Assembly (NCBI GenBank): GCA_041738235.1
Contig: JBGSQF010000013.1
Span: forward strand, 63,345-127,344
Direction of reading: 5' to 3'
Length of the DNA stretch: 64,000 nt
Source: Minisyncoccia bacterium
Lineage (GTDB): Bacteria; Patescibacteriota; Minisyncoccia; Moranbacterales; GCA-2747515
Shown: positions 28,275 through 37,987 of the stretch, one piece after another
How the letters are laid out: each line of letters begins with the position of its first letter
Numbering within the stretch: the stretch's first letter is position 1
Program-made: the position numbers and the translations under genes
Notes under the pieces: generated by a model
The model's input: the letters and a program-made list of their open reading frames with translations, nothing else
Database searches by the model: none
What the model was told of the DNA's origin: nothing

Positions 28275-28781
28275 ATGAGAAAAAAAGTATTTGTCAACGA
28301 TGCGTTCCAAAAAAACTATACATACGAACGGGTTGAGCCAGTTGGAAAAAATTTTCATCGAGATTTTGCGCCACATCTTACCCCACAACAAATGCTGGCG
28401 CTCGGTGTCTTCGATGGTGTCTATTTTGGCGATAAACCAAAAGAGTTTCCGGTGACCTGGTTTAGGAAAGCGAAGCTGGCAAAAAATCATAAGCGAGACC
28501 AATCGATCAACTATTTTGGTGTTTCAGCAAGTAAACCGCTCTCGTATTGGCGCGAAAAGGGATGGATTCATCCGGATGATCCGCGCGGGTGGTTTCAGTG
28601 GTACGCTCGCTATTACCTCGGGCGACGTCACGAAGATGATGCGCGTCAGATCAAAAGATGGAAAGCATTTCGCAGACATTGGGTGCCCGTAGAAAAAATG
28701 TGCCGAACAGGAGATTTTTCGTGTCGCACAAGGCAACGACAAGCTCTCTTGCATTGGGCATACGATAGTCGTAAGATCTAG
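28275..28781 (+). CDS. Conserved hypothetical protein (W/Y/R-rich motif GWFQWYARYYLGRR...RQIKRW)
   Basis: A distinctive aromatic/arginine motif resembling an uncharacterised DUF, which I cannot name with certainty. Confidence 0.5.
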   Translation: MRKKVFVNDAFQKNYTYERVEPVGKNFHRDFAPHLTPQQMLALGVFDGVYFGDKPKEFPVTWFRKAKLAKNHKRDQSINYFGVSASKPLSYWREKGWIHPDDPRGWFQWYARYYLGRRHEDDARQIKRWKAFRRHWVPVEKMCRTGDFSCRTRQRQALLHWAYDSRKI

Positions 28782-28809
28782 TGCTTGTCAAAAGTAAAGA
28801 GTATTATAT

Positions 28810-29592
28810 ATGGAATATCGACTATTGAAGGCACGGGTGCAACATCGGCGAGAGAAACCGACAAAAAATGCCTTCGCCTATAATGTTTTCTATGTGTCTG
28901 TTCCTATTGAGAAAAAAACAAATCCGGGAGTGAGACTGTTCTCTTGGAACCGGTTTAATGTGTTGAGCGTTTCTGCACGGGATCATGGTAGGCGTGATGG
29001 GTCATCTCTTTATGCGTGGATTCATGAAAGCTTTCGGAAAGTCGGCGTGGACATAAGGGAGGATGACTTGGTAGAACTGATCACGCACCCGCGGATCTTC
29101 GGGTATGTCTTTAACCCGATATCGTTTTGGGTGTTGCGAAATGCGGAGAATCTTGTAAAAGCGGTGCTTTGCGAAGTGAATAATACATTTGGCGACGACC
29201 ATAACTATATACTTGCTCGGAGTGGTGGTGCGACGATAACCGCTCGAGACCGATTTCGCGCTGAAAAAAAACTTTTTGTCTCTCCCTTTACTCCTATGGA
29301 GGGGCATTATATATTCAATCTATCGATAGAAGAAAATCATTTTGGGGTAACGATTGTATATTATACAGGAGAAGAAGTGACACTCTCAACGCATATGGGG
29401 GGAAAATATATCCCTATGCAAAATAGGACAATCTTGAGGATGTTTTTGACACACCCTCTGATGACATGCATGGTTGTTGGACGCATCCATTGGCAAGCTA
29501 TAAAACTCTTTTTTAAGAGAGTGCCTCCGCAACTGACAACTCGTCCGGGAAAAATGCACGGAGGAGTAACGCTCGCAAGATTAGTAGAATAA
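28810..29592 (+). CDS. DUF1365-family protein (usually in cfa / amine-oxidase operons)
   Basis: YNVFYVSVPI...HPRIFGYVFNPISFW...FVSPFTPMEGHY pattern of DUF1365; it sits immediately upstream of cfa as in proteobacterial clusters. Confidence 0.75.
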   Translation: MEYRLLKARVQHRREKPTKNAFAYNVFYVSVPIEKKTNPGVRLFSWNRFNVLSVSARDHGRRDGSSLYAWIHESFRKVGVDIREDDLVELITHPRIFGYVFNPISFWVLRNAENLVKAVLCEVNNTFGDDHNYILARSGGATITARDRFRAEKKLFVSPFTPMEGHYIFNLSIEENHFGVTIVYYTGEEVTLSTHMGGKYIPMQNRTILRMFLTHPLMTCMVVGRIHWQAIKLFFKRVPPQLTTRPGKMHGGVTLARLVE

Positions 29593-29603
29593 AAAGAATA
29601 TGT

Positions 29604-30743
29604 ATGACGGGAGTGGAGAAATTTAAACATTCGCTCAATACCATACTTGGTGAGTCGGACGTTATAATAAATGGTGAACGTCCATGGGATCCGCAGATTC
29701 GGGATAACCGCGTTTTTGAGGAGATCATGCAAAAGGGGTATCTCGCAGTGGGTGAGTCTTTTGTGGATGGTATGTGGGATGTTGAATCATTGGACGCATT
29801 GGTGGCGAGGGTGCATAGAAATGATGATCGTTGGGAATCGCTTTTCTCGGCAGGGCTTTTTTGGCATTGGCTCAAGGGAAAAATATGGAACCGACAAAAA
29901 AAGAGTCGTGCTTTTGATGTGGGGGAACAGCACTATGATCTCGGTAATGATTTGTATTCGGTGATGCTTGATGCGAGAATGACCTATACGTGCGCCTATT
30001 GGAAAAATGCGAACACGCTGGATTCTGCGCAAGAAGCTAAGCTGGATCTTATTTGTCGCAAACTCAATCTTCAGCCGGGGCAACATATTCTTGATATTGG
30101 TTGCGGGTGGGGAAGTTTTATGCGGTTTGCAGTTGAGCGCTATGGTGTTCGGTGCGCCGGCCTTACCGTCTCGAAAGAACAGGCGAAAATGGGGCGTGAG
30201 ATGTGTAAGGGACTTCCAATCGAATTTATTATTCAGGATTATCGTGAATATGCTCCGGCTGAGCCGTTTGACCATATTGTCTCTATAGAAATGTTTGAGG
30301 CTGTGGGGCATAAGAATTTCCGTGAATATATGAGAAGGGCACATGAGTGGCTGAAGCCCGGGGGATTGTTCTTGCTCCAAACGATTACTTCTACAGCAAA
30401 GCGACAGGTTTCTGACCCATGGATTGATAAATATATTTTTCCCAACGGAATTTTGCCCCACAAGAGGCAAGTAGAGGCTTCTGCGCGAGGTTTGTTTGAT
30501 GTGATAGATTTGCACGAGATTGGAAAGAATTATGATCCAACGCTTATGGCATGGTGGAGAAATTTTAGCGAAAACTATTCTTCATTGGATCATGCAAGAT
30601 ATAACAAGACGTTTTATCGTGTGTGGAAATATTATCTCCTTTCGTGTGCAGGTGGGTTCCGAAGCGGAGTGTGGAACGACTGGCAAATGCTTATGATGCG
30701 CGTAGAAGATGAAGACAAAATAAAATATAACAAAATCAGATGA
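29604..30743 (+). CDS. cfa: Cyclopropane-fatty-acyl-phospholipid synthase
   Basis: GESFVDGMWDVESLD, SAM-binding LDIGCGWGSF, and a C-terminal CFA-synthase region. Confidence 0.9.
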   Translation: MTGVEKFKHSLNTILGESDVIINGERPWDPQIRDNRVFEEIMQKGYLAVGESFVDGMWDVESLDALVARVHRNDDRWESLFSAGLFWHWLKGKIWNRQKKSRAFDVGEQHYDLGNDLYSVMLDARMTYTCAYWKNANTLDSAQEAKLDLICRKLNLQPGQHILDIGCGWGSFMRFAVERYGVRCAGLTVSKEQAKMGREMCKGLPIEFIIQDYREYAPAEPFDHIVSIEMFEAVGHKNFREYMRRAHEWLKPGGLFLLQTITSTAKRQVSDPWIDKYIFPNGILPHKRQVEASARGLFDVIDLHEIGKNYDPTLMAWWRNFSENYSSLDHARYNKTFYRVWKYYLLSCAGGFRSGVWNDWQMLMMRVEDEDKIKYNKIR

Positions 30744-32023
30744 CACAGAAAAGAATTGCCATCATTGGAACGGGAATAGCGGGAATAACGACCGCATGGT
30801 TTTTGAAAGACGCCCATGACATTGAGGTTTTTGAAAAGAATGACTATATAGGCGGGCACACTAATACGCGTGAAGCTCGTTTTGGAGATGTAACCGTTCA
30901 CGCTGATACCGGATTTATGGTTTTTAACAAGGCGACCTATCCTCACTTTACAAAACTTCTCGAATATCTCGATATTCCGGCAATTAAAACGGATATGTCG
31001 TTTGGAATAGCGTTGCCTCATGAGAATTTTGAATTCTATTCCGATTCGGCCTTTGCCAAAAAAAGTGATTTTGTAAACATACGACATTGGCGAATACTTT
31101 TGGACATTGTGCGGTTTAATCGTGATTCTGAGCGGGTTGTTTCACATATGGAGAAGGGAAGTACGCTTGGTGAGCTGGCAAATACGATGCATCTCTCAAA
31201 AGATTTTCTCCATCGGTATCTTTTACCTATGGCCGGGGCAATATGGAGTACGGACCAGAAGAATATGGCCGAATATCCAGCAAGAAGCTTTGTAACGTTT
31301 TTTCAAAACCACGGACTTTTAACACCAAAAAGTGTAAACCCCTTTAAGATGGAGGAGGGAAGGGTTCAGTGGTATACTATACCGCGCGGTGCGCAGACAT
31401 ATGTCCAAAAGATTGTACGTGATATCGAGAGGCATGTGCATCTGAGTCGGGGAGTTCGTTCGGTAAATCACGTGAAGGGTCATATAGAAATTGTGGACGA
31501 ACAAGGTATAAAAAGCTCTTTTGATGCGGTGGTCCTTGCTTGTCATCCTGATCAAGCGAGAAACATCTTGAGCGATGAATTTGGTCAACACAAAAAAGCC
31601 CTAGCGCCATTTCATTACAGTAATCATGATGTTGTCATGCATAGCGATGTTAGTTGTATGATGAAAAAAAAGAAATTATGGCCTTCCTGGACGTATCGTG
31701 AGGGGGACTCCGGTTCGGTCGAACTGTCGTACAATATGAATAAGCTACAACACATTGATGGGCAATATCCTACTTTTGTGACACTTGATCCCAAGAAGAA
31801 TATTCCGGAAAAGAATATTTTTTACCAAGTACAGTATGAACATCCATTATTTACCCCTGACACCGAAGAGGGTCAGAAACAAATCGAACGCATACAGGGA
31901 AAACAGGGGATATATTTTTGTGGAGCATGGCTTCGATATGGATTTCATGAGGATGGGCTTGTATCGGCTGTGCGTCTGAGTAATTTATTAGGAGGCCACG
32001 TCCCATGGGATAAAAAAGGGTAG
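30740..32023 (+). CDS. FAD/NAD(P)-dependent amine-oxidase-like oxidoreductase
   Basis: N-terminal dinucleotide fold IAIIGTGIAGITTAWFL...EVFEKNDYIGGHTNT, about 430 aa. A 4-nt overlap with cfa suggests translational coupling. Confidence 0.85.
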   Translation: MTQKRIAIIGTGIAGITTAWFLKDAHDIEVFEKNDYIGGHTNTREARFGDVTVHADTGFMVFNKATYPHFTKLLEYLDIPAIKTDMSFGIALPHENFEFYSDSAFAKKSDFVNIRHWRILLDIVRFNRDSERVVSHMEKGSTLGELANTMHLSKDFLHRYLLPMAGAIWSTDQKNMAEYPARSFVTFFQNHGLLTPKSVNPFKMEEGRVQWYTIPRGAQTYVQKIVRDIERHVHLSRGVRSVNHVKGHIEIVDEQGIKSSFDAVVLACHPDQARNILSDEFGQHKKALAPFHYSNHDVVMHSDVSCMMKKKKLWPSWTYREGDSGSVELSYNMNKLQHIDGQYPTFVTLDPKKNIPEKNIFYQVQYEHPLFTPDTEEGQKQIERIQGKQGIYFCGAWLRYGFHEDGLVSAVRLSNLLGGHVPWDKKG

Positions 32024-32102
32024 GGAATGGGCGAGGGCGGAAGATCGACGCAAGGACGCGTTTTTTGCCAAACGGATTTTCCGGGATAAGGAAGATCTGA
32101 TG

Positions 32103-32150
32103 TGAGCAGGGATGCCCGACAATCAACTGATTGCCGGGCTCGTTTTATTG
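32103..32150 (+). repeat. Repeat element copy 1 (GTGAGCAGGGAYGCYCG + hairpin + T-run)
   Basis: GTGAGCAGGGATGCCCGACAATCAACTGATTGCCGGGCTCGTTTT; other copies at 32537 and 34222. Confidence 0.45.
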
Positions 32151-32536
32151 TAAAGAGTCTTTTTGGAGATATTCTTAGGGGGTTGACAAAATCCTCTATT
32201 CTGGTAATTTCTCTCTATCGTCCGCCGGACGATCATGAATCTTTTAGAGGTGGGATATCGTGGAAACAAAAAAAACCAGCCTAACCTATTTCCAACTCCT
32301 TGATGAGTGTTCAAAACATCCAAACAATTTGATGACTGTCGTCTGTCACCAGCCATCCTCATTGACGAGAATGCGTTTCATGTACGTGAGTTGCGCCAAG
32401 GTGGGCGAAGTGACCATTTCGGTGGATGGAATGTGTTGGGACAGAGGAGACGCCGGCAGCAGGCACTTTGTCCCGTGTACCATTCGTGACGTTCCCCCCT
32501 GTGGGTACGAGATCGTCGAACAGTAGAAGGAGAAGC

Positions 32537-32588
32537 GAAGTGAGCAGGGACGCTCGGACAATGATCCGTAGCGTTCATTGTTTTTGTA
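32537..32588 (+). repeat. Repeat element copy 2
   Basis: GTGAGCAGGGACGCTCGGACAATGATCCGTAGCGTTCATTGTTTTT; the first 11 nt are identical to copy 1 and a hairpin CAATGA/TCATTG follows. Confidence 0.45.
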
Positions 32589-32722
32589 GGGGTTTTTAGG
32601 TAAATATGATCTTTTGAGAACACCAGAGTATTAATAAATAAGTGGTAACGGATCTTTTTTGGAAGCTGGGGTATGCTAGTTTATATAATAAGTTGGTTGG
32701 ATAATGGGAAATTGTAGAAAGT

Positions 32723-32980
32723 ATGTATTATCTTTATATTCTTCAGTGTGCTGATGGGACGCTCTATGTTGGGATCACTACTGATCTGGCACGCAGGATA
32801 AAAGAACATAATAGCTCTACGCTTGGGGCAAAATACACTCGGACTCGACGGCCGGTTAAAGTGGTTTTTTCGAAGTCATTCCCCGATCGGTCACTTGCTT
32901 CACGGGAAGAGTTTCGTGTTAAGAAGCTCTCTCGCGTTGAAAAGCTTGAATTGATCCGAAAAAGCAAGAGTAACAATTGA
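32723..32980 (+). CDS. GIY-YIG nuclease family protein (UPF0213/YhbQ-like)
   Basis: YYLYILQCADGTLYVGITTDLARRIKEHN...AKYTRTRRPVKVVF is the canonical COG2827 GIY-YIG signature; TATAAT at 32683. Confidence 0.85.
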   Translation: MYYLYILQCADGTLYVGITTDLARRIKEHNSSTLGAKYTRTRRPVKVVFSKSFPDRSLASREEFRVKKLSRVEKLELIRKSKSNN

Positions 32981-33160
32981 AAGAAGAATAGGATAAAGGA
33001 CATTATTTTTTCGGGGTCTTGTAAGGGCTATATATGTGAAAGCCAACAGTGGGTTGCTGTCGGCTTTATGTTGACGGGTCTTTTTGGGGCCAACCGAGCT
33101 CGGCTGGTCCTATGCGGTTCTGCGATTTCTTTCTATCGGGTCGGTTCAATACCGCCTCGA

Positions 33161-33649
33161 TTATCTGGGAGGCTTTCCTGGCCCGCCACCACCGGGACCT
33201 CTTTGTGGGGGTCCAGCGTGGGGTCGTTGAGGTTGGGGCCTTTGCTGGGGTGGTCTGAAGCCACCTCCGCCGGGACCTCGCTGTGGCCGATGTTGTGCCG
33301 GTGGCGGTCCCCCGGGAGGAACTCTCCGTGGGGGTCTCGGTCTGAGTTCCAAACCAGGAGGGCGATGTTCTGGGCCTACTCCGATCTGGATTCCTGGTCC
33401 AGACGAAACCAAGCGATCCTGGACGACGTTGATGGTCAACGCCTTCCTGATTCGTTTCTTGCTGATGTAGACCTGATCCGTTCCATTAATCGGGTAGTAA
33501 TACAGCCCGTCCTTCTGGACGTAGGTGTCCCCCGGATTGATGGTGTATGCTACCGTCTCCCTGACGGCATACACGCAACCAGTGAGCACCATGACGGTCA
33601 ATACGAGGATTGCGATCGCCAGACCCCTGGCGGTGTTATTCGTCTGCAT
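33161..33649 (-). CDS. Lipoprotein with a Pro/Gly/Arg-rich C-terminal tail (high-GC island)
   Basis: Signal peptide with lipobox LTGC, GGGGGAGAG RBS, and a tail of PGGGG/PQRP repeats. Confidence 0.5.
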   Translation of the reverse strand: MQTNNTARGLAIAILVLTVMVLTGCVYAVRETVAYTINPGDTYVQKDGLYYYPINGTDQVYISKKRIRKALTINVVQDRLVSSGPGIQIGVGPEHRPPGLELRPRPPRRVPPGGPPPAQHRPQRGPGGGGFRPPQQRPQPQRPHAGPPQRGPGGGGPGKPPR

Positions 33650-33858
33650 CGTTTTCTCTCCCCCGGTTCTTCCGGTTTTGTTGATGCACGCGAACTATTA
33701 GCCATAAAGATGAGTTTGTCAAGGGTAGGCAGTATGTTTTGTAAGTTACTTTTGGGAGGGATATCTTGACGGAAATACAAAGTTGGTGTTATTTTATGGT
33801 ATCGTCCAGCTCTGGGCGATCGTGATAATTCACGACACTTTTTGTTTAGGGGGTTTTT

Positions 33859-34179
33859 ATGGACGGTTCGACGGGTATGGCTGTTGGGATCGATCGGCGG
33901 CCCTGGCAACGGGATCGGCACACCTTCTTCCAGATGGAGGCGGGGTGCATCGGAGCCAAGAACATTACACTTCGGTTCTCCTATGTTCCTAAGGGCGGGG
34001 GTGAGGAAAGCCGGACCACTCTGGGCTTCCGATGGGTCGAGGAAGATCTCACCGCCACGGATGGGACCCGAGTGAAGGTTTCGGGTCTCTATGTTGAAGG
34101 GCACAGCGGGGTCATGGAACCCCTCAATGAGAAGGCGTTTCCGGCAAACGGGTACGTCCTCGTCGAGAAGGGGGACTAG
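33859..34179 (+). CDS. Hypothetical protein (high-GC island)
   Basis: AGGGGG RBS 7 nt upstream, and TTGACG at -35 distance. Confidence 0.4.
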   Translation: MDGSTGMAVGIDRRPWQRDRHTFFQMEAGCIGAKNITLRFSYVPKGGGEESRTTLGFRWVEEDLTATDGTRVKVSGLYVEGHSGVMEPLNEKAFPANGYVLVEKGD

Positions 34180-34221
34180 GCTCAGGCCCGAACAATGGTT
34201 GCTGCCTATGGATGGGCAGTA

Positions 34222-34265
34222 GAGAAAAAGCAGGGACGCTCAAGAACCATTGGGCGTTCTTTTTG
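34222..34265 (+). repeat. Repeat element copy 3
   Basis: GCAGGGACGCTCAAGAACCATTGGGCGTTCTTTTTGT shares a 12-mer and the hairpin + T-run architecture with copies 1-2. Confidence 0.4.
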
Positions 34266-34349
34266 TTCGTACGGGGGCGAGATTTGATACTCCAAAAGAA
34301 TGAATCGTGTTATGATTAAAAGGCTTAGGGGTCTTATAAATAAAAACCT

Positions 34350-34628
34350 ATGCTACGTTGTTATTGGTTTCGACCGAAGAGATTTTGGGGATATTTTGCT
34401 TTTTATTATCCCTCCTCAAAAGAGGGATGGATAATAACGCTTGTTTTGGTCGTAAGCGCTTCAGAGATATTTTTGTTCATCGATGGGCGGTCACACTCGG
34501 TATCGGATACTTTGATCGGATTTGCGCCTTGGGGTGTTGTTATGGCAGCGTTATTTGACCTGCTCTGTTTTCGCTTTGGGGAGTATCCGAGTTGGTGGAA
34601 GCGCCATGGGAAGAAATTGGAGAAGTAG
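34350..34628 (+). CDS. Small hypothetical membrane protein
   Basis: Two hydrophobic helices; no RBS seen. Confidence 0.35.
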   Translation: MLRCYWFRPKRFWGYFAFYYPSSKEGWIITLVLVVSASEIFLFIDGRSHSVSDTLIGFAPWGVVMAALFDLLCFRFGEYPSWWKRHGKKLEK

Positions 34629-34804
34629 TAGATGGGATCTTGTTGTTTTAAGTATAACGAAAGAACGATATTTGGGGTGCGTATAGTAAAAGCGTACGAG
34701 GTAAGATAGGAAGAGTTTTTCATTTTCAGTGAGAGAGCGTGTCTATCTGAAAAACAGGTAATTTTCTGAGTATATAAATACAATTTAATAGATACAACAG
34801 ATGT

Positions 34805-36010
34805 ATGGTAGGAAAGATCTTTTCATTGTCGGGGAGAAAAAAATATGTATGGGCGGTGGTCGTGATTTTTGTAGTGATCGGAGGGTATTATTGGCATGCC
34901 AAGAGTCAAACTACTACAACACAGCCTCAATATGTTACGGGGCAAGTGGAGAAAGGAACAGTAGTGCAGTCTGTTTCTACGAGTGGAAATGTTGTCGTTG
35001 ATCAGTTGGCGTCTGTTGATCCAACGATCTCGGGGACGGTAGAAAATCTTTCGGTCAATGTCGGAGACTCTGTTAAAAAAGGACAAGCGCTCTTTGATAT
35101 CAAAAATGATCAGTTGAGTGTGAGTGCAGCACAGGCAGTTGCTTCTCTTCAGCAGTCACAGAATTCTTTGAAAAATGCAAAGATATCCCTTGATCAAGCA
35201 AGGGTAGATTATAAAACTATCAAAGATCAAAGTGTTTCCGTTCTAAAAAAAAATATAGCGGAGGATAAAGTGAGTGCTGCAAAAGATGGTGTAATGGGGG
35301 CAGAAAAGAGTTATGCAGCAGCTCAGGAAAGTTATAATAACCAGATCTCGACGGCCAATGAGCGTCATGTAGTTTCTCCTATTAGTGGAACGGTCAATGA
35401 AGTAAATATCAAAAATGGTGATGATCTTGGGGCATCCTCGAATTCTACGCATCAGGCGCCGATCATTGTGGGTGATCTTACAACGATGAAGGTTCAGGTT
35501 CAGGTCAATGAAGTAGATATTCCAAACATTTCTGTTGGGCAGAGAGCCATTCTGACATTTGACGCGATTGATAGTTTGAGTTTGACGGGAAAGGTAGAAA
35601 AGATGGATTCATTGGGGACGGTGACCCAGGGTGTTGTGACATATAATGTTGTTATCGGACTTGATACGATCGATCCACGTATTAAGCCTGGGATGAGTGC
35701 TACCGCTGCTATCACGACACAAGTAAAACAGGACGTGCTGATGGTTCCCAATAGTGCTGTGAAGAGTCAAGGAGGGAGTTCTTATGTGGAAGTGCTGAGT
35801 AATGGTGCTCCACAACAAAAGTTGGTAGAGGTGGGCATATCCAACGATATGGATACAGAGATCGTGAATGGTTTAAATGCTGGTGATTTGGTGATCACTC
35901 AAACAATACTTCCTTCCACAACAATAGCTTCGCCCGCAGCATCAAGCACATCCCGATCTTCTCAGAATTCCAGTATTCGTATCCCAGGTCTTACTGGGGG
36001 AGGTAGGTAA
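34805..36010 (+). CDS. HlyD/MacA-type periplasmic adaptor (membrane fusion protein)
   Basis: N-terminal TM anchor, biotinyl-lipoyl-like hairpin (GTVENLSVNVGDSVKKGQALFDI), a long coiled-coil, and a beta-barrel C-terminal domain. Confidence 0.85.
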   Translation: MVGKIFSLSGRKKYVWAVVVIFVVIGGYYWHAKSQTTTTQPQYVTGQVEKGTVVQSVSTSGNVVVDQLASVDPTISGTVENLSVNVGDSVKKGQALFDIKNDQLSVSAAQAVASLQQSQNSLKNAKISLDQARVDYKTIKDQSVSVLKKNIAEDKVSAAKDGVMGAEKSYAAAQESYNNQISTANERHVVSPISGTVNEVNIKNGDDLGASSNSTHQAPIIVGDLTTMKVQVQVNEVDIPNISVGQRAILTFDAIDSLSLTGKVEKMDSLGTVTQGVVTYNVVIGLDTIDPRIKPGMSATAAITTQVKQDVLMVPNSAVKSQGGSSYVEVLSNGAPQQKLVEVGISNDMDTEIVNGLNAGDLVITQTILPSTTIASPAASSTSRSSQNSSIRIPGLTGGGR

Positions 36011-36021
36011 AGAAAAACCAT

Positions 36022-36705
36022 ATGGCCCTCATTGAATGCAAGGACATAAAAAAGATCTACCGGAGCGGGGACGTTGAAACGATGGCGCTCAAAGGGGTTA
36101 CCTTTTCGATCGAGAAGGGGGAGTTTGTGGCGATCATTGGACCATCTGGTTCGGGAAAGTCAACATTAATGCATATTCTTGGTGCTTTGGATACCCCGAC
36201 GAGCGGGACGTATTTTCTGGAAGGACAAGAGGTTTCGAAATTGGATGACGATCAACTGTCGGAATTTCGGCGTGATAAGATAGGGTTTGTGTTCCAGTCA
36301 TTTAATCTTCTCCCGCGAGCCACGGTGCTTCGTAATGTGATGTTACCACTCTTATACAGTTCGGTTTCTGAGAAGGATCGAGAAAAGAGGGCTCGGGCGT
36401 CACTTCAGTATGCTGGACTTGAGGAAAATAAATATTATAATCTTTCCAACCAACTTTCAGGAGGGCAGATGCAGCGTGTGGCGATTGCACGTGCGTTGAT
36501 CAATGAGCCCGCTATTATATTAGCGGACGAACCAACGGGGAACCTGGATACCAAGACAAGTCACGTGGTGATGTCGACACTCCAAGAACTTCATCAGAAG
36601 GGGCATACAGTCATACTGATCACGCATGAAGACGAAGTGGCGGCATTTGCTCGGCGGTCTATTTCCATCCGAGATGGTCTAATTGAAAAAGACATAAAGC
36701 AATGA
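36022..36705 (+). CDS. ABC transporter ATP-binding protein (MacB/LolD-like)
   Basis: Walker [10 protein letters not shown], signature [15 protein letters not shown], Walker [12 protein letters not shown]. Confidence 0.9.
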   Translation: MALIECKDIKKIYRSGDVETMALKGVTFSIEKGEFVAIIGPSGSGKSTLMHILGALDTPTSGTYFLEGQEVSKLDDDQLSEFRRDKIGFVFQSFNLLPRATVLRNVMLPLLYSSVSEKDREKRARASLQYAGLEENKYYNLSNQLSGGQMQRVAIARALINEPAIILADEPTGNLDTKTSHVVMSTLQELHQKGHTVILITHEDEVAAFARRSISIRDGLIEKDIKQ

Positions 36706-37916
36706 TCAGCGATCTTTTTAAAGAAATACTTTGGTCTCTGTCGGGCAATAAGGTAAGATCCGGATTGACCATCTTGGGTATTGTTATTGGGATCGCTTCG
36801 GTGATCACTATGGTATCTATTGGTCAGGGTGCCAAAAATTCGATAGAAAGTAATATTGAGGCAATCGGGTCAAATCTTATTATTGTTATGCCTGGAACAC
36901 AACGCAACGGGGGTTTTTCTGGTGGGCGCGGAAGTGCGCAGACACTGACCATGGCGGATGTGACTGCTTTGCAAAAAGATGCAGTGGATGTTTCAGCTGT
37001 GGCGCCAGATATTAGTCGACGGTATCAAGTGACCGCAAAAGGTACAAATACGAATACGGAAGTAGTCGGCACTACAGCGGATTATCTGGTGGCTCGAAAT
37101 ATCAAAATGGATACGGGAACATTTATCACTGAAAGGAATATTCAAACGTCGGCCAAAATTGCCATTCTTGGTCCAACCACGCGTGATGATCTTTTTGGTG
37201 TAGGCGCCAACCCCATAGGACAAACGGTCCGTATCAATAACGTGAACTTCAACGTTGTGGGGGTAGCACAGGCAAAAGGGGGATCAGGGTTTAATAATCC
37301 TGATGATGCTATCTACATTCCTGTTACAACAGCGCAGCACTTTCTTGCTGGAAGCGAGTATGTGAACACGATCAGTGTTTCGGCCCAAAGTCAGTCGGTG
37401 ATGGCTCAGGCGCAACAAGAAGTTCAAGACATCCTTTTGAGACAACATAAGATCTCTGACATGGCTTCGGCAGATTTCAATATTCTCAATCAAAATGATA
37501 TTATCGCTACTGCAACGAGCGTAACTGGGACCTTTACTATTCTTCTTGCTTCTATTGCGGGTATATCTCTTTTGGTGGGAGGAATTGGTATTATGAATAT
37601 GATGCTTACTACAGTAACGGAGCGAACGAGGGAAATAGGTTTACGAAAGGCTATGGGAATCAAGAAGTTTTATATAAACATGCAGTTTTTGGGAGAAGCG
37701 GTTGTATTGACCTTCTTGGGTGGGGGTATTGGGGTTTTGTTGGGGTGGTTGGCATCTATCGGTATTTCTCGCTTTGCCGGACTTTCTACACAAATATCCT
37801 TTTCAGCTATTCTTCTGGCTTTCGGTGTTTCGGCTGCGGTAGGGATCGTGTTTGGTTTTTATCCGGCACGACGGGCAGCTAATCTCAGTCCGATCGAGGC
37901 ATTGCGATACGAGTAG
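36702..37916 (+). CDS. ABC transporter permease (FtsX/MacB-type)
   Basis: N-terminal TM helix, a large periplasmic domain, a C-terminal FtsX 3-TM bundle, and a 4-nt overlap with the ATPase gene. Confidence 0.9.
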   Translation: MISDLFKEILWSLSGNKVRSGLTILGIVIGIASVITMVSIGQGAKNSIESNIEAIGSNLIIVMPGTQRNGGFSGGRGSAQTLTMADVTALQKDAVDVSAVAPDISRRYQVTAKGTNTNTEVVGTTADYLVARNIKMDTGTFITERNIQTSAKIAILGPTTRDDLFGVGANPIGQTVRINNVNFNVVGVAQAKGGSGFNNPDDAIYIPVTTAQHFLAGSEYVNTISVSAQSQSVMAQAQQEVQDILLRQHKISDMASADFNILNQNDIIATATSVTGTFTILLASIAGISLLVGGIGIMNMMLTTVTERTREIGLRKAMGIKKFYINMQFLGEAVVLTFLGGGIGVLLGWLASIGISRFAGLSTQISFSAILLAFGVSAAVGIVFGFYPARRAANLSPIEALRYE

Positions 37917-37987
37917 ATCCTGCATGTTGAAAGAATTTTTATCGAGTTGCGTATCGAAGTGTGCAAACTAACAAATAATATAAGGGT

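Noticed and set aside
33068-33769. 233-aa + strand ORF overlapping the minus-strand lipoprotein
   Set aside because: A high-GC antisense artefact. The minus-strand ORF has an RBS, a lipobox signal peptide and a sensible domain structure.
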